A DNA stretch of 64,000 nt, from the IMG/VR virus record IMGVR_UViG_3300015245_000036. One strand, given 5' to 3'. The stretch comes from an uncultured virus (IMG/VR IMGVR_UViG_3300015245_000036) (lineage: Duplodnaviria > Heunggongvirae > Uroviricota > Caudoviricetes). A program made the translations under genes and the position numbers. The notes below the pieces were generated by a model. The model was not told where the DNA came from. It ran no database searches and saw only the letters and a list, made by a program, of their open reading frames with translations. This document shows positions 8,918 through 18,155 of the stretch, piece after piece; position 1 is the first letter of the stretch; the number at the start of each line of letters is the position of its first letter.

Positions 8918-9292
8918 TCATTCCTCCATGTCCCGAATGAACGGCCCGTGCTGCGCCTCGGTCCAGAAGCCGAGCCTTCGTCCGCCTTCGACGACGAACT
9001 CGACGCGTTGGCCCCTTCCGGACTTCCGTGCCTTGGCGCTTACGACACGGGCCGCGAGCATCTCGGTTCTTCCGCCCACAGCGTCGATCTGGAACACGCG
9101 CAAGATGTACTCCCCGACGGTCTCCGCCCCCACCACCTCTATGGTGATTGGCGCCAGGCCATCAAGCACGAACAAGCTTTCCTTCAGTTCGACACCGACA
9201 AACCACACGCAGGTCGCGACTGTCTCCTGAATGGCGTTGATGGTCATCGGCGGGCCGCCGCTCTTCAGACGTACGGAATCGCCGGGCTTCAC
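8918..9292 (-). CDS. YodC/DUF2158-like domain protein
   Basis: PGDSVRLKSGGPPMTI...CVWF. Confidence 0.75.
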   Translation of the reverse strand: MKPGDSVRLKSGGPPMTINAIQETVATCVWFVGVELKESLFVLDGLAPITIEVVGAETVGEYILRVFQIDAVGGRTEMLAARVVSAKARKSGRGQRVEFVVEGGRRLGFWTEAQHGPFIRDMEE

Positions 9293-9501
9293 GAGGATGC
9301 CTTGTATTCGATCGTATCAGGAGCCACGACCATCGTGTATTCACCCGGACCGAGGCTTGTCGGGCGAACACGAAGGTCGTGACCGACCTGCCCTTCGTCT
9401 TTTCGACGCGTCGGGCCGTAAACCCAGACTTCGACCAAGTCCCTAGTGTTGCCAGGGCCGATGCTACGAATCCAGTTTGCAAGTCTAGGTTTGTTGCTCA
9501 T
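9289..9501 (-). CDS. Hypothetical protein
   Basis: ATGA-coupled start (MSNKPRL). Confidence 0.5.
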   Translation of the reverse strand: MSNKPRLANWIRSIGPGNTRDLVEVWVYGPTRRKDEGQVGHDLRVRPTSLGPGEYTMVVAPDTIEYKASS

Positions 9502-10268
9502 TGTCGCTTTCCTTGCAGCTGAATCAACGGAGGCCCCGCAACTCTCTTCTCTGAAGAGAAGCAGAACCTGCACGCCGCGCACGCGCCTTCGTGCTCGGCG
9601 CCGTCGCGGGCGGTGGCCGGGCAGGCGCGCGGCTCAGGATCCCACTGCGCCCGCCTGGACATCTTGTGCTCCTCGAACACGACGGACACCCAGCGCGGGA
9701 CCTTGTCCTCCGGGCTCCTGCGCGCCCACGCCGCATAGAACTGCGGCCTGTTCTTCAGGACGAGCAGCCGTGTGGCCTCGGTGTTCGTCCGTGTCGTCGT
9801 GGAGTCCAAGCTGAGCATGACGTGCAGGTTCGGTAGGTTTGGTAACAAACCTGCCAGCTCGAGCTTCCGGGTCGCCACCCACACGGCCAACTCCGGGAAC
9901 TCGACGGCGATGCACGTCGTGAAGAACACCGATCCCGGTTGGAGGTCGCCGACGCCGAACATCCGTACGAAGTTCTGTTTTTTCAAAACAGCTCTGGCGA
10001 TGCGCCGGGCCTCGTGCCGGAGTACGGCCTTGTCGGCGGACGCGAAGAACGCCGCGTTGCGCGCCTGCGACGCGAGGGCCGCGTCGTACGTCAGGCGACC
10101 GAGGAGGCCGTAGCAGTACTCGGCGCAACCCTTGGTCGGCCTGCACGTCCGCGCGATGGCGACGTTGATCGAGCAGCCGGTCTTGGAGTTGGTGGAGAGG
10201 GACACCTCGAACGCGTCGGCGAGACCGAGCCGCGGCGTTCGACCGCGGATGACGGACAGACGGCTCAT
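9498..10268 (-). CDS. GP88-like (radical-SAM-related) phage protein
   Basis: NSKTG...TCRPTKGCAEYCYG...VRMFGVGD...TRK...LSLD...C...CAACRFC. Confidence 0.7.
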   Translation of the reverse strand: MSRLSVIRGRTPRLGLADAFEVSLSTNSKTGCSINVAIARTCRPTKGCAEYCYGLLGRLTYDAALASQARNAAFFASADKAVLRHEARRIARAVLKKQNFVRMFGVGDLQPGSVFFTTCIAVEFPELAVWVATRKLELAGLLPNLPNLHVMLSLDSTTTRTNTEATRLLVLKNRPQFYAAWARRSPEDKVPRWVSVVFEEHKMSRRAQWDPEPRACPATARDGAEHEGACAACRFCFSSEKRVAGPPLIQLQGKRQ

Positions 10269-10462
10269 TGCACCGGCTCCCGGGTCACGATGTACGCCGT
10301 GCAGCTGGACACGATGTTCACGGCGAAGATTTCCTCCTTCCCTGCCTCCTCGATGCTCGCGAGCTTCTCGGCGAGGTTGAGGTGCATGATGTTGCCACTG
10401 TCATAGCCGACGGTTCCAACGGGCTTGCCTGATACGTCGTAGGTTCGCCACTTGAATTTCAT
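10265..10462 (-). CDS. Hypothetical protein
   Basis: Coupled ORF. Confidence 0.55.
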   Translation of the reverse strand: MKFKWRTYDVSGKPVGTVGYDSGNIMHLNLAEKLASIEEAGKEEIFAVNIVSSCTAYIVTREPVQ

Positions 10463-10659
10463 CGAAAGACCAATTGCCGGACCTGTCCTTTTTTGTTCTC
10501 AACCAAAACCGAACCGCCTGATTCCTTTACTTCCTGTAGGTACATTTCTGTACCAATACCCTGACGAATTACTTCGGTCATGGTGATGCTCCGCTTGGAA
10601 GCCAATCGCTTCAGTGTCCTGAAGGTTTCAATATCGATGTTGAACGTAAGTTTGGTCAT
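10459..10659 (-). CDS. CopG/ribbon-helix-helix DNA-binding protein
   Basis: TKLTFNI...LKRLASKRSITMTEVIRQGI...GGSVLVE; locally AT-rich. Confidence 0.7.
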   Translation of the reverse strand: MTKLTFNIDIETFRTLKRLASKRSITMTEVIRQGIGTEMYLQEVKESGGSVLVENKKGQVRQLVFR

Positions 10660-10919
10660 AGTGGTTTTTGTCCGCGAGGCCCCCAGCGCGTGCCGGCCGC
10701 GCGAGACGCGGCCATTGAGCTGTCCAAGACGCGCCACGTCTCTTCCGGCGAGACCCCAGCAGCCTCGTTGGCTGTCAAGGCCGCCCTGCGCGCCGCCGTC
10801 CACGTACCGACGGGCTTGGCCTCGTCGATCGCATAGCCCGCCACGCCCTCCTGCACCACCGCGACGCCCCACCGGTCCTGGGTCAGCGCGACCGGGACCC
10901 ACGCCGCTGCGTTAGACAT
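10656..10919 (-). CDS. Hypothetical protein
   Basis: Coupled ORF. Confidence 0.55.
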   Translation of the reverse strand: MSNAAAWVPVALTQDRWGVAVVQEGVAGYAIDEAKPVGTWTAARRAALTANEAAGVSPEETWRVLDSSMAASRAAGTRWGPRGQKPL

Positions 10920-11409
10920 TGCCGTCCCAGTACGCGTGCACGTCGTGTTTGCACGCGGCGCACTGCACCCTCGCCGTGCTCGCGACGCGCAGGTTGCTCG
11001 GCAGGCGCTGCTGGTCTCTCTCGCCCTTGATCTCGTCGCTGTCCTTGGTCAGGTGCCCGTTCCAGAAGTTGAGCAGCAGGTCCGCGCAGAGCAGCGCCTG
11101 CGGCTGCCGCAGGTCCGCCCGGCAGGACGGGCACCTTGCCGGCACGGCTATCCTCGTCTCCGTGATCGTGACGCGGGAGACGGTCACCGCGTGCTGGGGT
11201 CCTCTCAACGGCGTGATCTTCGTGTCCTCCTTGATGGCGTCGATTCGACCGGGGAACACCGACAGCCCGATGACGACGCCCTCGGCCTCGCGATACGCGG
11301 CGGCCTTCGCGGCCACGCCGTCGATCGCATGCACCTGGGTCACGTAGGCCTCCTTGGTGTCGGCGTACGCGCCCACGACGGTGAACCACTCGTGTGATTG
11401 GTCAGCCAA
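10912..11409 (-). CDS. Zinc-ribbon-containing protein
   Basis: CPSC...CAAC. Confidence 0.6.
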   Translation of the reverse strand: MADQSHEWFTVVGAYADTKEAYVTQVHAIDGVAAKAAAYREAEGVVIGLSVFPGRIDAIKEDTKITPLRGPQHAVTVSRVTITETRIAVPARCPSCRADLRQPQALLCADLLLNFWNGHLTKDSDEIKGERDQQRLPSNLRVASTARVQCAACKHDVHAYWDGNV

Positions 11410-12166
11410 GCGCGTACGCTTTCTGCAGCATCCACCCGTTCCACGGCAGGCGGACGAGCGCGGTCATGCGGACGAGCGGGACGCAGGCGCACTCCGGGCA
11501 GGCGGCCTTCCGCATCTGTGGGACGACCTCCGCGCCCTCGGGCGCGGCCTCCCTGATCTGCTCGAGTGCCGCGAACTGGCTGGTGTCGAGGTGATCCACG
11601 GGCAGCACGAACATCTGGACGCTGCCGGTGCAGCCCTTGTCGCAGTCGCACGCCTGGTACGCCTTGATCGTCGTGTACTCCTCCTCGGGAATGTTGAAGA
11701 TTTGATCCATTGCCTCTTCGATGATTTCCTCGTCCTTGAGGAACCCTTCTCGCCGCCGCTCGACCATGTCCGGGTCGCAAGTATCCTCGATCCACTTCGT
11801 GATGGCCTCGGCGTGTCGGGCCTTGGCCTGTCCTTCCTTGCGTCGACGGACGGCCTCTTCCTGGATGACCCGCGCGGCTGCGGCCTCGGCCTCGACGCGA
11901 GCCGCCTCCTCCGCGGCCAGCTCCACGCCTCGCCGCGCGGCTCGCGCCTCGAGACCACGGAGCACGGAGCCGAACGTCGCGTCGACCACGCCCGGACCCT
12001 CGAGGGTCTCGTCCGCCGCCACCACCTGCGCGATCTGGTCGAGCGCGTCCTCCGGGACGTCCACGAGGTCCTCGTCCGCCACGGAGACCTTCACGACGCC
12101 GACCGTCGTCTTCCGCGCCAGGATCGCGTCGCGTGCGGCTATCCGAAGGCGGATCTCGACGCTCAC
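11402..12166 (-). CDS. Hypothetical coiled-coil/Cys protein
   Basis: GTGA-coupled start; CDCDKGC, CPECAC. Confidence 0.65.
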   Translation of the reverse strand: MSVEIRLRIAARDAILARKTTVGVVKVSVADEDLVDVPEDALDQIAQVVAADETLEGPGVVDATFGSVLRGLEARAARRGVELAAEEAARVEAEAAAARVIQEEAVRRRKEGQAKARHAEAITKWIEDTCDPDMVERRREGFLKDEEIIEEAMDQIFNIPEEEYTTIKAYQACDCDKGCTGSVQMFVLPVDHLDTSQFAALEQIREAAPEGAEVVPQMRKAACPECACVPLVRMTALVRLPWNGWMLQKAYALG

Positions 12167-12396
12167 GTTCGATGCTCCGCGCACGTCACCTCGTCGGTCG
12201 GCCTGGTGTCGCCATCGACCACGGCGGGCTTGTCGCAGTACGCACACGTGAGCGCGGCCTGCTTGACCCACGCGACGAGCTTCGCGGGCGTGGCCTTGTT
12301 GTACTCGGCAACCGCGGCCTCGATCGCGGCCTCGCTTCCCCCGCGCTCTATGATCGCGGTCTGGTGGTCCTCGTACGCGCTGAGGTATGTGGGCAT
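12163..12396 (-). CDS. Small zinc-finger-like protein
   Basis: CAYC...CAEH. Confidence 0.55.
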   Translation of the reverse strand: MPTYLSAYEDHQTAIIERGGSEAAIEAAVAEYNKATPAKLVAWVKQAALTCAYCDKPAVVDGDTRPTDEVTCAEHRT

Positions 12397-12400
12397 TCTG

Positions 12401-12823
12401 CTAGCCTTCCTCGTTTTCGATGCTCCAAGCAAGCGCTCTCGCGTCCTGCGCTTTTTGATGTCGCTTGCGGAGGTTCATCAGACGCTCCACGAGCGGGAAC
12501 TTTGCGTGCACGGTGGGCAAGTAATAGTTGATCCCGACGGCGTCGTTAGTCTTGGCCAGCTCGACTTCCATGATCGCGCTGGAGCACAGCGGACAGAGAC
12601 CGAATCCGTCAGAGGGCAGCCGCTCGTCTCTGAACTCGTTGATTTGGCAGTCTACGATCACCGTGTCGTCACCGAGGCGCATGGCCGCCATGCCGCAGCA
12701 GTCGAACCGCCACCCCGTGCCCGACTTGCCCGTGAGGCACGACATATTGATCGGGCACGTCGCGCAGTCCACGGGGGTGATGTCCGTGTCGGGCGTGTCG
12801 GGGATCTGGAGGAACGGAATCAC
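12401..12823 (-). CDS. Cys-rich hypothetical protein
   Basis: CATCPINMSC...CCG...CPLC. Confidence 0.6.
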   Translation of the reverse strand: MIPFLQIPDTPDTDITPVDCATCPINMSCLTGKSGTGWRFDCCGMAAMRLGDDTVIVDCQINEFRDERLPSDGFGLCPLCSSAIMEVELAKTNDAVGINYYLPTVHAKFPLVERLMNLRKRHQKAQDARALAWSIENEEG

Positions 12824-12824
12824 C

Positions 12825-13373
12825 TCAGTACTCCACGATGTCCGCGGGCACGTCGTGGTCCCCGAGGGGCTGCTGCGCCCGGACGGTCACGCGACCCGAC
12901 GGCGTCACGCGGATCAGCGTGACCGTCTGCCTCTTGTCGACCCAGCCCTTGACGGGACCCGACAGGATGTCGACGCACTGCTCCGGGCTGCTCAGGCTCT
13001 CCGCGATGCAAGACATGCTGCGCGGGCACCCCTCGCAGATTCGACCGGGCTCGTCGACGGGGACCAGCGCCCGCGTCGGAACGAGCACCTGCTTGCCCTC
13101 GAGCTGGAGTTTGCGCAGGTAGACCCTCAGGGCCCCGGCGTTGACCTCCGTGCGGATGGCATCCCGGAGTTCCGGGTCCGGGATCAGCGCGTTCTGTTGG
13201 GCGGCCCCGAGACGCCACATCACGGGGTGCTTGATGGCGTCGATCGCGTAGATGAGGCGGGCGACCGCCTGAATGGGCAGGTCGAACATGCGCGCCAGAA
13301 CCTCGGCGAGGTCCTTCTCCACCCCCGCGACGTTGGTCTCGCGGAGGGCTTGCTTGAGTCTCTCGGTGGGCAT
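12825..13373 (-). CDS. Hypothetical protein
   Basis: AGGAG RBS, MPTERL start; CEGCPRSMSC resembles the motif in the adjacent gene. Confidence 0.65.
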   Translation of the reverse strand: MPTERLKQALRETNVAGVEKDLAEVLARMFDLPIQAVARLIYAIDAIKHPVMWRLGAAQQNALIPDPELRDAIRTEVNAGALRVYLRKLQLEGKQVLVPTRALVPVDEPGRICEGCPRSMSCIAESLSSPEQCVDILSGPVKGWVDKRQTVTLIRVTPSGRVTVRAQQPLGDHDVPADIVEY

Positions 13374-13390
13374 AGCGTCTCCTGGTCGGT

Positions 13391-13407
13391 TGATTATAAG
13401 ATAAACA
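13391..13407. promoter_or_regulatory. Putative promoter/operator palindrome between divergent genes
   Basis: TGATTA-TAAGA-TAAACA, matching copies at 6957, 15994, 22241 and 54488. Confidence 0.5.
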
Positions 13408-13418
13408 GCGGAGGAAAC

Positions 13419-14252
13419 ATGTACTCGACACGCGTCTTGAAGGACTCGCTCGCACCCTGCGGCAAGCGGCTGACCACCTGGGAGCTTACCTACCCTCGGT
13501 TCGTTCACGCCGAGCTGATGACGCACCGGATGTTCAGCCGAAACAGCGCGTCCAGCCGCGCGATCCCCACCGAGAAGCTGATGGCTCGGGTCCGGGAGGA
13601 CCCCGCGCTGCCCCAGTGGTGGGGCAGGAACCAGTCTGGCATGCAGGCGAACGAGGAGCTGGACGGCGCCTCGCGGGCCGAGGCCGAGCGCCTCTGGCTG
13701 GCCGCACGGGACCAGATGCTCGTGGCCGTCGAGCAGCTCGGCAAGGTCGGGCTTCACAAGCAGCTCGCGAACCGGCTCATCGAGCCGTGGATGTTCATCA
13801 CGGTCCTCGTCTCCTCGACTGAGTACAGCAACTGGTTTCACCTGCGCAACCACCGCATGGCCCAGCCGGAGATTGCCTGGGTTGCCAGGGCCATGTGGCA
13901 GCACTACCAGGAGCACCGACCGACCGAGATTCCCGAGGGTGGGTGGCATCTTCCGCTGGTCCAGCCCGAGGAGGTCACCGCCCTCGGCGAAGTGATGGCG
14001 AAGAAGGTGTCCACCGGGCGCTGCGCCCGCGTGTCGTACCTGACCCACGAGGGTGTTCGCGATCCGGACAAGGACGTCGAGCTGCACGACAGGCTGTGCT
14101 CGGGGCCGGCGACCGGCGAGCCCGGCCACTGGTCCCCGTTCGAGCACGTCGCAATGGCGCTCGTGGAACCCGTGCGCAGCGGCAACTTTTTGGGTTGGGC
14201 TCAGTACCGAAAAGCGTTCGACACGGAGCACTTCGGCGATCGGATGCCCTAA
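13419..14252 (+). CDS. thyX: Flavin-dependent thymidylate synthase
   Basis: PRFVHAELMTHRMFSRNSASSRAIP, HKQLANRLIEPW, RCARVSY, HWSPFEH; GGAGG RBS. Confidence 0.9.
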   Translation: MYSTRVLKDSLAPCGKRLTTWELTYPRFVHAELMTHRMFSRNSASSRAIPTEKLMARVREDPALPQWWGRNQSGMQANEELDGASRAEAERLWLAARDQMLVAVEQLGKVGLHKQLANRLIEPWMFITVLVSSTEYSNWFHLRNHRMAQPEIAWVARAMWQHYQEHRPTEIPEGGWHLPLVQPEEVTALGEVMAKKVSTGRCARVSYLTHEGVRDPDKDVELHDRLCSGPATGEPGHWSPFEHVAMALVEPVRSGNFLGWAQYRKAFDTEHFGDRMP

Positions 14253-14582
14253 CGCTCGGCTAGCGTGAAGTGGAACGGCCAGTCGACCTCGACACCTAGG
14301 CCGTCCCCGCAGGTCCCCCGATCCCCGATCCGCTCCCACTCCTCGAACGCGTGCGCCATGGTGTCGATTCGATACCGGGCGACGTTGGTCAGGTAGGCCT
14401 CGAGATCCCTGATTCGAGGCCCCGCCAGGGTCTTCACCGTGTGAACCGCGAGCACGCACGCCGCGCACGCAGGTGACCACGTCTCGATCCAGATCCTCCC
14501 GTGCGGGCACGTGCGGCATGGCAGGCAGTACGCGGACGCGCCCACCGTCTCGAGGTCCTCGACGTTGCCGCATCGGAGGCAC

Positions 14583-15950
14583 TCAGGCTCCCTGGTCGGC
14601 CTCCGTCTTCGCGACATTCGCCGAAGAATATCTTTCCGCGTCAGCTCGCGCCAGCGCCCCATCTTCGGTGTCGAGCAGCGCGCTGGCGAGCACCGCGGCC
14701 TCGCCGCGGGCGGTGCGCGCGGCCTCGCCCTTGGCCACGGCGAGGACCACCTGGAACGCCGCGAGGGTGAGCAGTCGACGGTCGATGCCGATCATCTTGT
14801 TGTCGTCGATAGGGCGGCACGCGGACTTTCCCGCGAACTCGACGACAACGTACTCGCGCGTGACCAGATTGACGACCTTCAGGACGCCGCGCTCGACCTC
14901 CGTGAGCTGCGAGGGCAGGAACCGCGCTCGAACCTGACCCTCGAGCGACGCCTTGGCGTGCTCGGGCGACAATCCCGTCTTCGCCAGCAACTCCCGCAGC
15001 GTCGCGTTGACCATCGTGGGCTTGGCGCCGAGGCTGGTGATCTCGTCCGCCTCGGCCATGGTCGACACGGGCACCGCGTTGTCGCCGTGCTCGGCCACGA
15101 ACTGCGCCTTCATGTGACCCACGAGACGCTCGTCGGTGCGCCAGCGGAAGTGGCGGGACTCGTCCGCGTTGCTCTTCGCGAGGTCGTACGCGCGGCGGGC
15201 CAGCGCCTCTCCGGCGTGCTGGACGTCCTTTCGCCCGCTCAGCACGCTGGCCCAGAGGTCGGACAGCGCGGTCCCCAGCGTCCACTCGTCGATCATCTGG
15301 CGATCTCGGTCGAGCTGGATGTCGCGCAGGTCGTACCCGCAGTCGAGCCGCTCGAACCTGCGGACGAACACCCCGCGGGCGTAGACCATTCCGCGCCGAT
15401 CCTCCGAGAGGATCAGGGACCCCTGGTCCACCGCGACGACCTCGTCCGGGGGCGGCGGCGTCAGGAAGAGGAACAGCGGGCGCAGGGCGTCCCACACCTC
15501 CTTGGTGACGTTGTCGATGGTGACGACGAAGTCCGGGGTCGGCGTGATCGCGCGCGAGTAGAACGTCAGCAGCTCCTGCCCGGACAGCGGGCCGTCCTCG
15601 ACCCGGTCGAACGTGCACTTCCAGCTCGTGTCCGCGTTGCGAAACGCCACGGGATGCCCGGCCCGGGTGAGCGCCATGCACCCGATCGCGAAGCCCTCGC
15701 CGAAGCGCCCGCGGACGTCGCGTCCCCGCTTGCCGCTCTTGCCGAGCACCAGCAGGGTGGCGGGGTCCACGATCGTCTCGCGCGTCTTGATGACGAGCTG
15801 CGACCTCTCCTTCGAGTGCTTGATCTCCATGGCGTTGCGCGGGTTCAGTTCCTCGGCGTCTTTGGCGTTGGAGATAAGCTCGCGGATCCCCTCCCACACG
15901 CCCCATGACCCGCAGTACTCGGTGTCGATCGTCAGCTGAATCTTCGACAT
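14583..15950 (-). CDS. GHKL/HATPase_c-like ATP-binding protein
   Basis: WEGIRELISNAKDA (N-box); LGKSGK...GRFGEGFAIG (G-boxes). Confidence 0.75.
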   Translation of the reverse strand: MSKIQLTIDTEYCGSWGVWEGIRELISNAKDAEELNPRNAMEIKHSKERSQLVIKTRETIVDPATLLVLGKSGKRGRDVRGRFGEGFAIGCMALTRAGHPVAFRNADTSWKCTFDRVEDGPLSGQELLTFYSRAITPTPDFVVTIDNVTKEVWDALRPLFLFLTPPPPDEVVAVDQGSLILSEDRRGMVYARGVFVRRFERLDCGYDLRDIQLDRDRQMIDEWTLGTALSDLWASVLSGRKDVQHAGEALARRAYDLAKSNADESRHFRWRTDERLVGHMKAQFVAEHGDNAVPVSTMAEADEITSLGAKPTMVNATLRELLAKTGLSPEHAKASLEGQVRARFLPSQLTEVERGVLKVVNLVTREYVVVEFAGKSACRPIDDNKMIGIDRRLLTLAAFQVVLAVAKGEAARTARGEAAVLASALLDTEDGALARADAERYSSANVAKTEADQGA

Positions 15951-15993
15951 TTGAATCTCCTGGTTTGCTTGATTGACTCAAGCTTCGGACTGT

Positions 15994-16010
15994 TGTTTGC
16001 TGGGTAAACA
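15994..16010. promoter_or_regulatory. Putative promoter/operator palindrome
   Basis: TGTTTG-CTGGG-TAAACA in a divergent gap; a second palindrome GCTTGA-TTGAC-TCAAGC lies at 15967-15983. Confidence 0.5.
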
Positions 16011-16032
16011 CCTCCAGGACGGAGGGCACCCG

Positions 16033-16230
16033 ATGGCACGACCGATGAATGTCGACAAGAGAGTGGCCGCGATCGCTCAGATCACGCGGCGCACGCGGCT
16101 CAACGCCGCGAAGGCTCGGCGCATGGCGGACGAGCTGACTCGGTTCCCCCGCGGCGGCAAGGCGCAGCGCGCGGCCGAGCGCGCCAGGGTCCTCGCCGAC
16201 GGTCTCGAGCAGGCCATCAAGGCCGCCTGA
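16033..16230 (+). CDS. Small basic protein
   Basis: GGAGG RBS; TGATG coupling to the next gene. Confidence 0.6.
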   Translation: MARPMNVDKRVAAIAQITRRTRLNAAKARRMADELTRFPRGGKAQRAAERARVLADGLEQAIKAA

Positions 16231-16625
16231 TGTTCCGACCCGTCAGCGCGCTGCCGTATCGCCTGGTGTCGCGGAACGCCCAGGCGCTGCTCATCCGGAG
16301 GCCGCCGGGCGGCCTGCTGGCCGACGACCTGTCGGCCTGGGACGGCCGCGTGGCCGCGTGCCTGGCCGACGTCGCCGCGCACGACCTTCGGGGCGTCGTG
16401 CGGGACGTCCTGAACAACCCCCAGATCCGGGCGATCGTGTTCGCCCACGCGCCCCGCTGCCGAGAGACCTACGCCGCGTTCTGGGCCGGGTCCGACGGGC
16501 TCGAGGGCATCGACGACGAGCACGTCACGACGGTCCGGCAGTTCGTGGATTTGTACGACGACGACTTCGCGCTGCGCGGACCGCAGCAGCCGTTCTCTCC
16601 CACCAGAGTCATGTACCTCCGTTGA
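16230..16625 (+). CDS. Hypothetical protein, weakly MtrA-like
   Basis: GVVRDVLNNPQIRAIV...IDDEHVTTVRQFVDLYD. Confidence 0.5.
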   Translation: MFRPVSALPYRLVSRNAQALLIRRPPGGLLADDLSAWDGRVAACLADVAAHDLRGVVRDVLNNPQIRAIVFAHAPRCRETYAAFWAGSDGLEGIDDEHVTTVRQFVDLYDDDFALRGPQQPFSPTRVMYLR

Positions 16626-16636
16626 AAGGACGTCAG

Positions 16637-17380
16637 ATGCAGCGCAACGTCATCGGCATCTTCGGCAAGTCGAAGTCCGGCAAGAACACCGTCGGGGACA
16701 TGATCGCGTCGACGTGCAAGGGCACGGTGCAGATCGCGTTCGCCGACAAGCTCAAGTCGGTGTGCATGGAGCTGTTCGGGCTCACGAGCCAGGACCTCAA
16801 CACCGACGAGGGCAAGGCCAAGCCGACCTCGCTGCCCTGCCCGACCTGTCCGATGTGCAGGAGCATCAACGTGGTCGCCGCGCCGACGATGCTCGCGTTC
16901 GCATCGTTCTATGACCAGCCGGTGGTGAACCACAAGGGCCCGCGCCAGGCCGAGTGCAAGGCGTGCGGCGCGGTGGGGTCTCCCGATTCGTTCGTCGGGT
17001 TCTGGACCCCGCGGATGATCCTGCAGCACGTTGGCACGGAGGGCATCCGCCGCGTGGATCCCCTGGCCTGGGCCCGATTCACAATGAAGACCGCCGTGAC
17101 CGCTCTCGACCGAGGCGTCGAACGTATCATGGTGGTTACCGATGGGCGATTCCGATCCGAGCTGGACGCGGTTCGCGCGGCCGGCGGCATCGCGTGGCGG
17201 CTCCGCAGGCCGGAGACCGATGACGCGACGACGGGCATCGCGGGCCACGTCTCCGAGGTCGAGATCGACGGGATCCCGGACGGGGACTTCGACGAGGTGA
17301 TCACGAACGACGGCTCGCTCGACGACCTGTTGCACGCGGTCAAGGCAGCGCTGGCGCCTGCTCCCCCGCGCGCGGCCTGA
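16637..17380 (+). CDS. Deoxynucleoside monophosphate kinase with a Zn-ribbon insertion
   Basis: GKSKSGKNT, AFADKLK, TPRMILQHVGTEGIR, TDGRFRSE, HVSE, NDGSL. Confidence 0.88.
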   Translation: MQRNVIGIFGKSKSGKNTVGDMIASTCKGTVQIAFADKLKSVCMELFGLTSQDLNTDEGKAKPTSLPCPTCPMCRSINVVAAPTMLAFASFYDQPVVNHKGPRQAECKACGAVGSPDSFVGFWTPRMILQHVGTEGIRRVDPLAWARFTMKTAVTALDRGVERIMVVTDGRFRSELDAVRAAGGIAWRLRRPETDDATTGIAGHVSEVEIDGIPDGDFDEVITNDGSLDDLLHAVKAALAPAPPRAA

Positions 17381-17595
17381 CTATCTCAAGACGATCGTTA
17401 CGATGCCCTTGCAGGGCTTGTTCTTGTCGTCTCGTCGCTGAACAGTCCCGCAGCAGGCGCACGAGTTGAAGTCGTCGTCGCGGAACTTGAACCAGCAGTG
17501 CTGGCCGGGATATCGCGCTACCCACTCGGTTTGCGACGCGCAATCCCCCGCCAGAAGGGCTTCGGCCATTCTGGCCTTCCAGACCTCGGAAGACA

Positions 17596-17919
17596 TTACT
17601 TGTCGCTGTCGTAGTGAGCCTGGGCCTCGCGGCAAATCTCGTCAAACCGATCCACGCCGCCGGGGAACGTTCGCCGCATGTGGATGGTGGCGACGGCGAC
17701 GGCGAACACCTGCTGCTCGACGGAGAGCCCGCGGTTCGCCCCGTCGGTTCCCACGCGCTCCAGCAGAGCGCGGCTGAATTCGTCAGCGTTGTCGAGGTGA
17801 TCGACGCTGTTGAACACCTTGGCGGCCACTGCGAGGCCCCGCGCGATCTGTTCGGGCGAGGCCGTTTGGCCGTCGCTGTACTTGACGTACTCGGATGGGA
17901 TTGGGTCGAACTTGTTCAC
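17596..17919 (-). CDS. Hypothetical protein
   Basis: GTGA-coupled start. Confidence 0.55.
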   Translation of the reverse strand: MNKFDPIPSEYVKYSDGQTASPEQIARGLAVAAKVFNSVDHLDNADEFSRALLERVGTDGANRGLSVEQQVFAVAVATIHMRRTFPGGVDRFDEICREAQAHYDSDK

Positions 17920-18155
17920 GGCTTGTCCCTCCTCAGGGTGCACAGCTTGACGACGCCGGCGCCGGTCACGATGTGTGGCTTGGCCAGCTCGCCAGGCTCG
18001 GCCCGGCGGACACCGTCGGGGAACGTCTGTCCCGGATGCTCGACGTTGGGATAGATCGACTGGGCGGCGCACCATCCGTGGCGCCCTTCCTTTCGATTTC
18101 CGCCGACGACGATGGGGTCGTAGTGCGCGCACGTCGTGCAGGGCTTGTCGCTCAT
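17916..18155 (-). CDS. Small Cys-rich protein
   Basis: CTTCAHY...GWC...C; GAGGA RBS. Confidence 0.6.
   Translation of the reverse strand: MSDKPCTTCAHYDPIVVGGNRKEGRHGWCAAQSIYPNVEHPGQTFPDGVRRAEPGELAKPHIVTGAGVVKLCTLRRDKP

Noticed and set aside
6566..17380. Hypermodified-base pathway (dZ, deazaguanine, hmU) inferred from mazG, thyX and the kinase
   Set aside because: No PurZ, Que/Dpd or hydroxymethylase gene recognised; the genes present are consistent with ordinary dNTP supply.
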